From Eledone cirrhosa (Eukaryota): a stretch of DNA of 64,000 nt. Positions within the stretch are counted from its first letter, which is position 1. Every line of letters starts with the position of its first letter. Made by a program: the position numbers and the translations under genes. Of this stretch, positions 13,606-26,892 are shown piece after piece. Where the stretch lies: positions 43,772,001 to 43,836,000 of the forward strand of contig OZ024742.1 of assembly GCA_964016885.1 (NCBI GenBank), given 5' to 3'. The notes under the pieces were generated by a model. It had not been told where the DNA came from and made no database searches. It worked only from the letters and a program-made list of their open reading frames with translations.

Positions 13606-14164
13606 ATATATGTATATATATCATCATCACTGTTAAACGTCCATTTTCCATGCTTGTATGAGTTAACTGAGCAGTCCGGTTGTGAGACAAGCCAGGTAGG
13701 ATGACCATGTCTTGCTCATACAGACTAAGTTTCTACAGCTGGATGCCCTTCCTAATGCCAACCAGATTTACAGTGTGTACTGGGTACGTTTTGTCATGAC
13801 ACCTCCACAACCACTTTACAATGCAAACTGGGTACTTTTTATTGTGACACCTACATTACCACTTTACAGTGTGGACTGGGTGCTTTTTGTCGTGACCCCT
13901 ACATGACCACCTTACAGTGTGGGTTAGGTGCGTTCTGTTGTGACGCCTACACAACCACTTTACAGTGTGCTCTTTGTTGTGACACCAAAAACGACTACTG
14001 GCAACTTGAGTAGGGGAGGTAGATCTATGGGCATGGGTGAGGGGTGGGGTGTTGGGATGCAGGTGGGGTGTTAGGATGTGGGTGGGGTGTTACAACATGG
14101 GAGGTGTATGAAAGGGGTGATGGAGAGGAAAGTGGTATATACTAGATGTATGCTTCAACCCATG

Positions 14165-14905
14165 CACATGGGAAGACAGGTCTTCTGTATTACTACATAA
14201 CACCAGAGAACACAGTCCTGCGTCATCGCCTTTGAGAGGTGCAATTGTGGAAAGTCAGCTTTTATCACCTCATCCCAAGTCTTCCTACTCCATACTTTCC
14301 ATCAACTTTGAGTGTACTGCACCTTTTTATACAGCTGTCATCCTTCATATGCATCACATGACCATACCAACACAACTTCCTCTCCTACACACTGCATCTA
14401 ATCCCTCTTATGCCCAGTTTCTCTTTCAGTTCATTTAAGCTTTGACATTCACATATTACTATTACACATCCATCAAAGCATGGAAGCTTCATTTCTTTCC
14501 AATCTTTGGAGGTCCTCTGCAAACAGCACCCAGGTCTCACTACCATACAACATTGCCATACAATTTGACATTCATTTTGAGAGGAAAACCTTTTGTAGTT
14601 AGCAGCAGTAGTAGCTCCATGAACTTTCTCCAACCCGTTCTCACTCAGCTACTGTGCTTTCAGAACACCCTCCTCCACTACTAATTTGGTCACCCAGGTA
14701 ACAGAAACTATCTACTACTTCTACAGACCATTCTGGGTATTTGAAGTAGATTGTATACTGTGGGCTCTTGCTACTTACATGTAAAACCTACGACATGTAA
14801 AACCTACGTTCTTTGCTAGCCTGATATCCCACTACATCTCTTGTGTACCCATAATTTGCATTTGGGACATAGGATTTAATTTCTGCCTACTCTTTTTCTT
14901 CACAG
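14165..14905 (-). mobile_element. Decayed RTE LINE fragment
   Basis: Homologous to 6990-7700 (LNELKEKLGIRGIRC and flanking motifs); heavily frameshifted. Confidence 0.75.
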
Positions 14906-14909
14906 AAAC

Positions 14910-15045
14910 TGTTAATAAAAGCATGTGAAAAAGATTGCAGTTATATACATCCTCGATATTACATCAGATGGTGATGCAACCTGCTAATCTCTACTCCACT
15001 CATCACTCACTCAGCACACTAAGTCCTGTTACTTTTCTGTTACAT
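14910..15045 (-). mobile_element. Mariner terminal fragment
   Basis: Matches 23040-23145; ends in AGTCCTGTTACTTTTCTG, an inverted match to CAGAAAAGAAACAGGACT at ~22345. Confidence 0.55.
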
Positions 15046-15329
15046 TTTGTTAATTTATTGTGGAACTAACTCTACTGAACTCATCCTTTGGACTGAGTGC
15101 TCTAACAACTACAGATATAACCTCCCGGATATTTACCAGTAATATATATATATATTATAAAGTAAAATGATAGGAAACCATCCATTCTCGAACGACCAGC
15201 ATGATTCAACATTGAAGATGGATGAGTTGCAAAACATCGAGTGCTTTTCTCATATTACGTCATGGTTTACATTGCAGAATGACCAATTCTACCCTGTGGT
15301 AACCACCAAATTTAAACATATATATATAT

Positions 15330-15488
15330 AATATTTAATATGGAAATGGCTTCTACAGGACTAGAACTGTTTTTCATTCGAAGGAAATCATCAGGAAAGC
15401 CTGATGATTATTATCAGGTTTTCCTAATGATTTCTCCTTCGAATGAAACAATTCTAGTCCTGTAGAAGCTATTTCTATATTAAATATT
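15330..15488. repeat. ~160 bp near-perfect palindrome made of two inverted degenerate hammerhead-like units
   Basis: Left arm AATATTTAATATGGAAATGGCTTCTACAGGACTAG..CATCAGG mirrors right arm CCTAATGA..GAATGAAAC..CTAGTCCTGTAGAAGCTATTTCTATATTAAATATT. Confidence 0.8.
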
Positions 15489-15646
15489 GTATATACTCTA
15501 CTATGTATTGAGTACCTTACCTTGATTGAACCCAGGATACTCACACAGATACACACACACTCATATCATCATCATCATCCTCGTTTAACGTCTATACGGA
15601 AAGTCTAACGTGAAGTTACTGTAGGTTCATCCATTACAACAGCAGA

Positions 15647-15731
15647 GGTCCGATGAGCTTTTGATTCCAGAGTATGGCCAGATCGATACAGATCGAACCT
15701 TGAGCTGATCGAAATCGAAACGTGTGTCACC
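15647..15731 (+). ncRNA. Candidate type I hammerhead ribozyme (Penelope pseudo-LTR type, variant core)
   Basis: GGT-CCGATGA-[long stem II GCTTTTGAT..ATCGAAATC]-GAAAC-GTGT-GTC^ACC; stem I GGT/ACC; AATAAA just downstream. Confidence 0.55.
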
Positions 15732-16116
15732 AATCAATAAACGCAATGAAGGCTTAACAAATCATCCTTATATTATTATATATATATAGGATATTATCAC
15801 ATCTGTGATACCCACAGTCCTGAGATCTAACCTCATCAGTTTATCTTACATCTTTATATATATATATAATTTTTTATGATTTTGAGTTAAAGAATAAAAA
15901 CTAATGATAAAATAAAAATACATTTTTTAAGATGAGGCACCTGAGTGTGTGCGGCAAAAAGCTATAGTTTATAAGTAAGTCCAGCACTACCTCCAGTTTG
16001 AAGTAACTTACTTCTTTCAGTCTCAGAGGCTTTGATAAAATATATAATGTTATGAGTACTAGCTTTCCCTCTTTGACTAAACAGTAAAAAAGAAATGAAA
16101 AATGGTCTCTAGTTAA

Positions 16117-16336
16117 CCTTTTAGCATTTAAACCGGCCCCATCCAACCAGAATTATCTCACCTCTTTCTGTTCAAACTGGACATAACCAGCCACTCATAT
16201 TGATGTTTAAGTATTATTCTCAAATAAATAATATCAAAATCTTGTAGATTCAATATTATGTGAGATAATTATGAAAGATAAAGCCTTTACCATGAAAATA
16301 CAATAGTATATATAGAGTAATGTAAATGCTAAAGGG
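16117..16336. mobile_element. piggyBac-type MITE
   Basis: TTAA on both sides; termini CCTTTTAGCATTTA and TAAATGCTAAAGGG. Confidence 0.8.
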
Positions 16337-16555
16337 TTAAGGCAGACTTAACTGCTACATGGAGACAATGTTTAAGTTAGAAGTCTTTTTGTTGGCTTGT
16401 GAATAATAATTTGAAATCTAGGATAGTGAATTTATCAACTAGTCTTGTTAGTTGGTGCTGTGTGCAATTTTCTATGACATTACTGGTTTCAGAATGTATG
16501 TCAATAAAAGGCAAAGCATTTGGTGACACAAATTTAGGAGGCCAGTTTTTTTATT

Positions 16556-16633
<78 letters not shown>

Positions 16634-17143
16634 AGAGATTTACAAATGGATTTATTTAATTCTTTTTTATGAAATGTAATTGTAAATAACATTCTCAGCA
16701 GATACTTGGCTCTTTAACCCATTTTATCACCATAGTTCATCCTAATAAAATAATATACTGTCTATGTGTTTCAATTAAATTTGAAAATAATGGAGGAGTT
16801 TGATAAAACATCTTAACATTTTCAATATAGTTTCATGTGTTAGGGAAATAGATTAGCAGAGTCATTACAACATCAGTATCTGTTTTAGCTGTCTGCCCTC
16901 TCAGTCAACTTTGCCTTTAAACCTTCTGGAGTCAATAATATAAAGTACCAGTCAAATTGCTGGCCATGTGCCTAAATTAGAAATCATTATAGTTTCATGT
17001 GCTGCTAAGTGGCTGAAATAAACTTTGACATCTACAATTTGACATGGTCAATTATTTGCCTTAGTATCTGTAAGGGAGCTTCTACATAGTTATTTGAACT
17101 ACTCAATGTAGCAGCCAAATTTCCCTCAGTATATGCCTTATAG

Positions 17144-17315
17144 CAGAGGTTGCAAACCAGCAGTCCATGGACCACTGGTGGTCTGAGAGAAATTTTGGTG
17201 GTCTGCAGAAAAATTTTAATGTATTCATCTTTTAAAAAAATTCATGTTAGTGGTCGGCAGGATTTAAAATTATGAATTTTGTGGTCCGTGAGGTCCGAAA
17301 GGTTGGCGACCACTG
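17144..17315. mobile_element. hAT-superfamily MITE with 8 bp TSD
   Basis: Termini CAGAGGTTGCAAACC and GGTTGGCGACCACTG; perfect TSD CCTTATAG at 17136-17143 and 17316-17323. Confidence 0.9.
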
Positions 17316-17518
17316 CCTTATAGGATATTATCACATCTGTGATACCAACAGTCCTGAGATCTAACCTCATCAGTTAATCTTAGATCTTTTTCCCATATCC
17401 TCTCAAAAAAGTTGCCTCCATGATGGACATCACTTTCACATCCAATATTCATTGCTTATTCTTATCCTATGTCTAGCCTAGTGTTGCTGTACCCCCTGCA
17501 GGGTCATCATATCTCCTG

Positions 17519-17871
17519 CAGGGTCATCTTAATAGCATTATAGGCCACTAGGCAAAGCAATGCAGAAAGACTCCTCCATACACAAACACAGCATATATAA
17601 AAAAGCATTTATAAGCTATCCAGCAAAGCAATGTACTCTGTCCCTATATACACTTCAAATACAGTATACATAGATTAGCATTGGGCTCCTATGCAAAACA
17701 ATGCACTAGGATCCCTACATATATACATATATAGCATGGGGCATCCAGGCAAAGCAATATACACTGACCCCTACATACACAAACACAACATATATAGATT
17801 ATCATTAAGCCTCTAGACCTAGTGGGCACATGGGCAACTACCCAGTGCACTCATGCCTTAAAACAGCACTG
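17519..17871. mobile_element. hAT/Tip100-like MITE with internal ~58 bp tandem repeats
   Basis: Termini CAGGGTCATCTTAA and TTAAAACAGCACTG; GCAAAGCAATGCA..CCCTACATA-like unit repeated about 4 times. Confidence 0.55.
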
Positions 17872-19438
17872 TCTTTCTGTACACATCAACTGATACAATT
17901 CACATGATTATTATAATCTCATAGAGACCATGCATTATAGGGATATAAATCAATCTCAGTACTTGACTGGTACTTTATTTTATTGAATCTAGAAGAAAGA
18001 AAGGTAAAGTTGGTTTTGGTGGCTTTGAACTCAGAACACAAAGGACCGTAAAACATTTTTTCCATGCTCAAATGGTTCTGCCAATCCACTGCCATATTCG
18101 TGTTGATTTTGTTTGTTGCTTTTCATTGCTATATTTCTAATGAAAGACATGGCTCATATTTTCAAATAATTTGGAATAACTTAGTAATATAACTAACTAT
18201 CTCATTATTAATGGTATCTGAAGCAAAACTTGATAATGGTTCTTACATAAAAATATGATTTTATCCAACAGCCAAGTTACGGGAAATAAGTTTTTAGATA
18301 AATATAGATACTTTGAAATAAACAGCTTTGTCACATAAAATCAAGGTTGGTTCCAGGCAATTTGATATGAAAAGGGTTAAGAGTACTAATTGGCTGTGAT
18401 TGAATCTATCTAGTGTGTAATTTAATGACAATGTACTCAGGATTAAATGTGTCAAGGTTTACGTTAAACTCATACAAAATAAGCCAAATAGTTCTTCCTT
18501 TACTTTTGTCCCGTAACTTCTGGAAAAGTTGCTGGACACCATATTGACTTACAGCGTTTGTAGGGCATTTTTTAAACCTGGCGAAGCCCATCTCCTCTCC
18601 AGGTCTGAATACAGCAGATTTCTTCCAGAGAAGGATAGAAAGAGTGAGAAAATGGAAGTGAGAAAGAGATATAGAGGAAGAATCGACCCCAGTACTAGAC
18701 TGGTACTTTTTTACCAACCTTGAATGGATGAAAGGCAAAGTTAACCTCAGCGGGATTTGAACTCACAGAGCAGAGAGCTGAAATGAATACCACAAAGCAT
18801 TTTATATGATGTTCTAATGACTCTGCCAATTTGCCACCTGAAGCCAAATAGTTGATTAATAAAGAAAATGCATATTCTTTTCTTCTTTTACTGGTTTCAA
18901 TCATTAGGTTGCAGCCAAAAGTTAAAGGGAAAAATAATAATGTTTCTACTTTTGGCACAAGGCCAGCAATTACCCCAGTGCATTACTGGTGCTTTATTTT
19001 ATCGACCCCGTGAGGATGAAAGGCAAAGTTAACCTCGGCAGATTTGAACTCAGAACGTAAAGGGTCATAACTCTATGCTGCAAAGCATGGGGTCTACCGA
19101 TACTGCCAAACCACCGAAAAATAATAATGCAAAACAAATATTTACCCTTTTTATACCAAATCTCTTAAAAATGCTCCTAGTTTTTTCTATGGTATAAATC
19201 AGTTAATCTAAAGTATTTATATTTATCTAAAAACCTTCCATTTTAATTTTATGTAAGAAATTTTGTCAAGTTATGTTGCAAACATCAGCATAATAACGAA
19301 AGAGTTAGTTATCTAACTAAATCTTTCTAAAATAAATAGCTTTGTATTGTAGAACCAGGGAGAAGTTTCAGACAGTTTGGTATCAAACGGGTTAAAGAGA
19401 AAACATGGCTGTTTGTCAATGAACCCACACCCAGTGCA

Positions 19439-19446
<8 letters not shown>

Positions 19447-19516
<70 letters not shown>
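19447..19516. repeat. (GA)n microsatellite; a (CT)n tract also lies at 16559-16629
   Basis: Direct inspection. Confidence 0.97.
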
Positions 19517-19518
<2 letters not shown>

Positions 19519-21189
19519 GTTGTATATGAAATGACAATAAATCAATTTAAGTGCATTTATGATCATTTTTGTTAATGAAAATCTTGATGAGTAATAATTA
19601 ATATCGATTTTAGAAGTAGTATTTGTATTTATGGTCTAATTAACCTATACAATTTTTGAAGGGTTGTTAGCTTGATAATAGTTTCTAACACTATCCACTT
19701 GACACATGACCTAGCAGCTAGCATGTTTCTGTTTCCTATTTAATTATTTGATAATACTAGCTGTTGACCAATGAAAACATGCTGTATTTTGGATGACAAA
19801 AAAGTTGATTTGAGTGGATTTATAAGAGTTAGAGTGGGAATTATAGTTTTAAGTCTGTTTTTTTTTTCTCCATACTTACACAGTTTGAACACAGCTCAGA
19901 GCTTTGCCTTGTTTCATGGGTGTTAAGCAACTGAGAGTACAAGACAGAATGGTATGCTAGTATATCACATTGTCAACCCTCAGTTGCAGCTGCTGATACT
20001 CATTTTCAGCTGAGTGAAATGGAGCAACATGAAAAGCTCAAAGACACAACACATCACCTGGTCTGTGAATCGAACCAACAACTTTATGATCATTAGCCCT
20101 AACACCCGAATCACTAGGCCATGAACATTACAGGGTTTTTAATGAAATTGTCAGTTAGTAATGTTTAATATACATTTCAGATCATATACACTGTGAACAC
20201 TGCTTTTAAAACCACAGATAATGTCATGAAATGGTTATTATTAACAAAAGTAGTGGGTCATAAACTTTATATTGGCTTAATGTTATCTGCCAGTTAATGT
20301 TATAAAATAACACTTCATTCCAAAGTGATTGCAATAAGTGACTTCCCCTCTATTTCAATGTCATATTCTTTTATTATTTAACTTGTTTCGCGATTAGATT
20401 GTAGTTATGCTGGGACACTACCTTGAAAGAACCCAGTTGATCAGATTGACAACAGTAATTATTTTTTTCACTCTGACACTTATTTTATCCATCTCTTTTT
20501 GTCAAGCAGCTAAGTTATAGAACATAAACAAGCAGACATGTCTATGTGTATTTTTTTTAAATTTAAATTAAGATCCATGTAACAAATTCAACTCAATTTA
20601 TTTGTTCTGTGCAAAATCTGAAATGATACGGAAACAGGATAATTGAATGAAGTGGGAAAGGAAAGAATTAAAAGGATATGGAAAATGTAAATGTATGAGG
20701 AGTAAGGATGAACAGGAAAGAAGTAAAGACAGAAACTGAGATGTAAAGTGGGAGATGAAACAGGAGTGATAGAAGTGTTGAGAAAAAATATGTTAATCAA
20801 GAAAACAGATGTTCAATTGTTTAAAGTAAAATGCAAACAAATAAAAAAGTCAATGAAACATTTATCATTTTGATTGTTTAAAGAATATATATATATATAT
20901 ATCATCATCATCATCATCCTCATATTTATATATATATATTTTCAAATAAGACAAAGACAGTGGAAAAACAATGGAAAGACAAACAGTCCCATATCCTCAG
21001 TCAACCTCTTGAAATACTACGGTTTTGGTGTCGGACGCTATGCTTTGACGTATAGAGTTGCGGCCCTTGCCATTCTGAGTTCAAATCCCGCCGAGGTTAA
21101 CTTTGCCTTTCATCCTTACGGGGGCGATAAAATAAAGTACCAGTAATGCTCTGGGTAATTGCTGGCCTTGTGCCAAACGTAGAAACAAT

Positions 21190-21221
<32 letters not shown>

Positions 21222-21427
21222 ATAAATGTAATCTGAGTTTTTCGAATCATCATCATCATCATCATCATTTCATTTTACGTCCGCTTTTCCCTGCTTGCAA
21301 GGGTGGGACTTTTAATAACATTCGATTTGTTTGCAATTTTGCAAGCCTCAATTTTATAGCCATGTCAGTAGAATGAACACTTCATTCTTGCTCTTGTGTT
21401 GGCATGCGAACAGAACTGCATATATAT

Positions 21428-22160
21428 ATATATGAATGAAAAATGGCGTGCTGCGTTGTTGTGACTATGAACATATGAATGAAAATAGACCGAGAAACAG
21501 GAATGTCCATCATCAGTAGTCTGCTGATTATCATTGGTATTTCTTCGCATTAAAGACTAGATACCTAAAAATCAGTGCGAGCGATAACTAAATTAAGTTA
21601 TCGGGACAGAGGAAAGTAAACAAACAACATGGTAGTAATGCAACATAAAGAGAGGAAAAGAGAGACAAGTCAATGAATCTTGTGGGCTTAAGTCTGAATG
21701 AATCAAATGACGAGAAGAGGCAGACACGTCTGAGCCACGCAAAAAGTGAGAGAGAAAAGAATTTCACACAGGTCAGACGGGAGGAAGTGAGAGAGGGGGA
21801 GTAGCAGAGAGTGAGTGAAATTGTGAGGAAGAGGCCAGCCGAGAGTGTGTGACCAGCAGCGGGAGTGAAAGAAAGCAAGAGGTAAAGGAGAGAGAAGGGG
21901 GAGAGGGAAAGAGGATAGCAGTAAGGTGACAGAAAAAATACGAACCACAGAGAGGGGAAAAAATATATGTGAATGAAAAATGGTGTGCTATGTTGCATTA
22001 CTACCATGTTGTTTGTTTACTTTCCTCTGTCCCGATAACTTAATTTAGTTATTGCTCGCACTGATTTTAAGTATCTAGTCTTTAATGCGAAGAAATACCA
22101 ATGATAATCAGCAGACTACTGATGATGGACATTCCTGTTTCTCGGTCTATTTTCATTTAT
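21428..22160. mobile_element. Penelope pseudo-LTR-like element with ~175 bp inverted repeats and a short direct repeat
   Basis: ~21471-21647 is the near-perfect reverse complement of ~21989-22160; TGAATGAAAAATGGYGTGCT occurs at ~21432 and ~21970; similar to 8638-9280. Confidence 0.65.
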
Positions 22161-22334
22161 ATATACATATACATGTGTTTAATGGTAGTTATGGTGCTTC
22201 CTTCGTTATATATATATATATAAAAAGAACGAAGTGAGGTAAGGAACCAGATGGACCATAACGCACCAGAGTACTCGATACTTTGGGTAGTAGAGTGGGT
22301 CCTGAACCTTTTTATATATATATATATATATATA

Positions 22335-23145
22335 TGAGGTGTTTCAGAAAAGAAACAGGACTGAGGTCACAAAAAAAATATTTCAAATCCAAACTACAAA
22401 CTACAAGTTTACCCCTTTGAAGTAATCCCCCTTAAGTCTAATGCATTTTTCCATTCTTCTTTGCCATGCCTCCATACACTTCTGGAAGGATTCTCCTGGG
22501 ATTCTTTGCAGATCTGTCATCATGACCCTCTTGATGGCTTCCATGTCTGGAAAGCAGCTCCCCTTGATGACCCCCTTGATTTATCACTGGTGATGACTCT
22601 CATCTGCAAGTCTGGTTCAGTTTCAAGTTGCTCGAGGATGTCCTGACACACCTGCATGTACTGCTTCTTCTGGTCATCATTCAGCAGTTTCGGCACCATC
22701 TTCGTACAGATCTTCCACATGCCTAAATCTTCAGTGATAATCTTTTAAACACTGTCGCAGTTCATGCCTAGCTCACTTGTGATCACTGTGCACCACCTGC
22801 CTCATGCCTTCAACATTGGCCTCATTTTTGCTCATTGAAGGCCTTCCACTTCTGGGGTCATCTTCCATGTCCTCGTGTCACTCTTTGAATCTTTTGTGCC
22901 ACTCGAAAACCCATAAGCAGAACATCATCTCATCTTCGTAGACTTGTTGCAGTATTCTGAGTTTTCCCTGGCCAGACCAGAAACTTCAAGCTGGTTCGTT
23001 GCTCTGTGCTCATCGCTTGGTGGCCTAAAATTGAGGAGCTGTTAATAAAAGCACATGAAAAAACCTACAATGGCTGCAGAGAACTAAGATTGCAGTTATA
23101 TACTTCCAGGATATTACATCATGCAGTGATGTAATCCACTAATCC
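22335..23145 (-). mobile_element. Internally deleted mariner transposon (transposase remnant)
   Basis: KICTKMVPKLLNDDQKKQYMQVCQDILEQLETEPDLQMRVITSD corresponds to the mariner WVPxxL linker and the first catalytic Asp motif; terminus lies next to (TA)n. Confidence 0.85.
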
Positions 23146-23612
23146 CTAGATTAACTCTCTGATCTCCAAGCTATGCACTCTATCGAATAATGTTACTCCA
23201 CAGACCCTTTGGAGACACCCCATTTTGACTGCTTGTATTTGTGATGTATTCTTTCGGTCATCAACAAGACCCACGACCATAGGCAAGGGTTGGCATGAAT
23301 ACTGAATTGAAGATAGGGAGTTTGGCCCCCCCCCCCCACCGATTACCAAATGCTGAAGCTGGTAGCTGGTGCATTACTGCACTTAATTCACCCTTCCGCC
23401 CTCCATCACTCACAAAAACAGCCCGAGATGCATGAACTGCTCCACCTGTCTCAATGGAACTCCCCTCACATGTAGTGTGTACTATGCAGGCTTCATTGAG
23501 ATGATGAGTGTCTCAGTCTTCATAACACTGATATTCATTCCAGCTGTGCAGCATTTGGTATCAAACCTATCAAGTGCATGTTGGATATCCCTTTCTGATG
23601 AGTTAAGTAACA
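23146..23612 (-). mobile_element. Decayed RTE-like LINE RT fragment
   Basis: SSERDIQHALDRFDTKCCTAGMNISVMKTETL and SQIQAVKMGCLQRVCGVTLFDRVHSLEIRE. Confidence 0.7.
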
Positions 23613-24809
23613 ACATGCCCCCACAACCCTCCCAAGAAGAAGAAGAAGAAGAAGAAGAAGAAGAAGAAGACGATGATGACAACAGTGCAGATTAGAGTGA
23701 AACTGGCCTTCAATTTTCCATTAATTGCATACATCATTTCAGCAGATGAGACGGACTACATTACACATATGAGACCTTATTGTATTTATATTTGATATGG
23801 AAAATGCTCCATGAATGTATTTTCTATCAGCCATTTTGCTGATATTTATAACCAGCACCATGACATTCCTTCAATTTCTCTCTATATATATATTGACGAC
23901 TCTTAGTCTTCTTGTCTAAATACACTATGCTTTGCTAGCAAGGTCTAATAAGAATGAAACATGTCTGTTGCTTTCACTAGTAGGCTTAAACACTTTCATT
24001 ACCACATTTCTAATGAAAGGCACTACCTATGATTTTCCAATAATTTTGAAAACAATATCAAGAATTTGAAGTTATAGAACTTTCTCATTATTAAGCTATC
24101 ATAACTTAACAAAGGTTCTTACATATGCATAACTACTTTAAATCAAAGAGTTTTGTATCATAGAACCAGGTAGTTTGATATTCAAATTCAAAAGGTTGAA
24201 GACCAGATCCATTCCAATCTACAGTAAAAAATGTTGGTTAACTGACTAAATTTAAGTTATCTCCCTTGCTTGTATGTGTTTTTATTTATTTATTCTATTT
24301 TAAACTCCTTCACAGAGTTTTTTTTTCTAATCTCAATTAATTAAAGTTTTCCAATAGTTGAAATTATATAGGTGGGTGGTGGATTGTTAGAATCAGACAA
24401 TATTTTGTGATTTTTAGTTACGGCTCAATACGTTCTGAGTTCAAATCCCGCCGAGGTCAACTTTGCCTTTCATCCTTCAAGAGTCGATAAAATAGAATAT
24501 AAGTCAAGTGCTATGGCCGATTTAATCGACTTCCTTCTCCTTAAAATTACTGGAGCCTAAATTACAGACCTGTAGTATTACATTTATCATATTACTGTCA
24601 AGGACGTATTGGTGAATTGGCAGTATTAGTAGAGGGTCAGACATGCTTTCCAGCATAGTTACGTTCCTTTACGATCTGAGTTCAAATCCCTCCGAGGTTA
24701 ACTTTGCCTTTCATCCTTACGGGATCGATAAAATAAAGTACCAGTAATGTACAGAGTGATTGCTGGCCTTGTGCCAAAAGTAGAAACAATTATATATAAG
24801 GCCGAAGCG

Positions 24810-25414
24810 TAGGGGTGTGTGTTAATCTATTTTGCTGTAGTAAGGTGCGGGGGGGGGGGGGCGAAATACCTGAAAGCCTGGGAGTCCGACGATAGGTTAA
24901 AACGGCCCAGCCTTTTACAAGTGTATCTGTCAATCGACCCTGAGAAGTTAGTTTTAGCGCCATTGGTGAGAAGAGGAAGAAAAATAAGCAGAGGGTAATA
25001 CTACAAGAATGTGATCTTATCTTTTACACATTGACCGAACACACCACTCGGCAATGTAACGACCATCGCCGCCGATAATGCTACTTACTAATGCTTAATA
25101 TTCACTACTATTACTACTGCTTACTCAGTCCTACTGTTGAGTATAGCTGCTGCTGCTATTACAGCTGTTAGCAAGCACTCACTCTCCCACTCGACTTGTT
25201 GAGAAACTCCCTCAGGAATAACAAACAAATTATCAAAGCTTTTCTCTCTTTTATAAAAGTCAAGGCAACTATATCTATCTCTTGTTTTTGAAAGAAGTAC
25301 ATATTTTGCGGTTATCTGACTTTAGTAGTTCTATACATACTTATACTGTCGGGAATACCAGTTTGTGATAAGTCCAATGCCAAACTAGTGAACAGCATGT
25401 ACACATAGGTAAGT
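24810..25414 (+). promoter_or_regulatory. Possible promoter and non-coding first exon
   Basis: Non-repetitive and relatively CpG-rich; GGCCCA (~24904) and CGCCATTGG (~24958); consensus donor AG|GTAAGT at 25409; no ORF. Confidence 0.25.
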
Positions 25415-25871
25415 GGAAGAAAGTTGCTTTAAAAGTTCGAAGCGACTGACTTTTATATGTTTCTGTCTGTTTGAAAAAGAAAAATATTATAACTATTTCT
25501 GTATTAGTAGCTTGCCTGGTTCATCCCGTTTGGAATTATGATTAAAAGAAAAAGCCTATTCTTTTCTATATATCCTCTGATAAAATATATTTCATTATAA
25601 AGATCTATCTATCAGTGAACGATTTATATAATACAGAAGATAATAAAAGATAGTTAAAAGTTTATATATTAACTTTTCTATATTTTTTTTTTCACAGCAT
25701 ATGGCTTAGTGCGTTGTATGTTGTAAATGAGGGGTTGGTTTTATTTTAAAAGTCAGATGAAACTACTAAAGGGAATCTAGGTTTGTGTCTGTAAAAAAGT
25801 TTAAACTATAAAATGTCTCTGCCTGTGTATGCATTTGGATTTCTACTTTATATATATATTTATATATATTA

Positions 25872-25904
<33 letters not shown>

Positions 25905-26459
25905 ATATAAAGTAGAAATTCAAATTTATATTGAATGAATTAATTTTTGAAATTGGGTTACCCTTTTCTTTAATTATTAAAACAACAAACTATTTTCTAG
26001 CTATATATCTGTAATAAAACTTTTATTACACACATATCTACTTTTTTAATAGGTAACGTTGATTGTCTTTATAGCCGCACTTTTACGAAACAATTGAAAA
26101 AAAAAAGACTTCTGTTTAAAAATATATATTATTGAAAGTTCAAATCCTGCCGAGGTTAACTTTGCCTTTCATCCTTATGGGGTCGATAAAATAAAGTACC
26201 AGTAATGCACTGAGTAATTGCTGGCCTTGTGCCAACAGTAGAAACAATTATTATAGAACTGGTAGATTGGCAGTAACATGCTTTGTGGCATTTAGTTACG
26301 GGCCTTTATATTCTGAGTTCAAATCCCGCCAAGGTTAGCTTTGCCTTTCATCCTTACGGGGTCGATAAATTAAAGTACCAGTAATGCACTGGGTTGATTC
26401 AATCGACTTTCCCCTCCCCTTCAAACTGCTGGCATTGTGCGGAAAGTAGAAACAATTAT

Positions 26460-26892
26460 TATAGAACACCCCACTCGATTTCAGGGGGAAAATATTTTCC
26501 TCGATTTTTTTTTTTTTTCGTGCTCTCAGCCAATCTAACCCCAAGATGTTGGTAATCAACTTTTTTCCCGGAGATTGGAGGGGGTGGAGGTCCAGAAAAA
26601 AAATAAGGAAAGATAATTATTTCCCACCAAACGTGAAAGGTGTGTAGATCTGCGAAACTCCGATGGTCTTTTCGCACCCTTTCACTCTACTTTTTCTAAA
26701 AATTAGTCGTTTCCGACTGGTTTGGAGGTCATATTCGTTGATAACACACAAAAAAAATAAATAAATAAAACCGTAGGGAAAACTCCGAGGAACAAAGTTG
26801 ATTGCCAGCATCTTGGAGGTTAGCATACGAAAAAAAAAAATAAAGAACGAGGAAAAAGTTTTTCCCACTGAAATCGAGTGGAGTGTTCTATA
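26460..26892. mobile_element. MITE (~430 bp) with ~33 bp TIRs and subterminal inverted repeats
   Basis: TATAGAACACCCCACTCGATTTCAGGGGGAAAA and TTTTCCCACTGAAATCGAGTGGAGTGTTCTATA; inner pair at ~26535-26563 and ~26793-26823. Confidence 0.8.

Noticed and set aside
15788-17390. ~70 bp sequence duplicated at ~15788 and ~17321
   Set aside because: Too short to define an element; no termini or TSD attributable to it.
24435-24455. tRNA gene (B-box GAGTTCAAATCC)
   Set aside because: Head of a multi-copy SINE; no complete cloverleaf.
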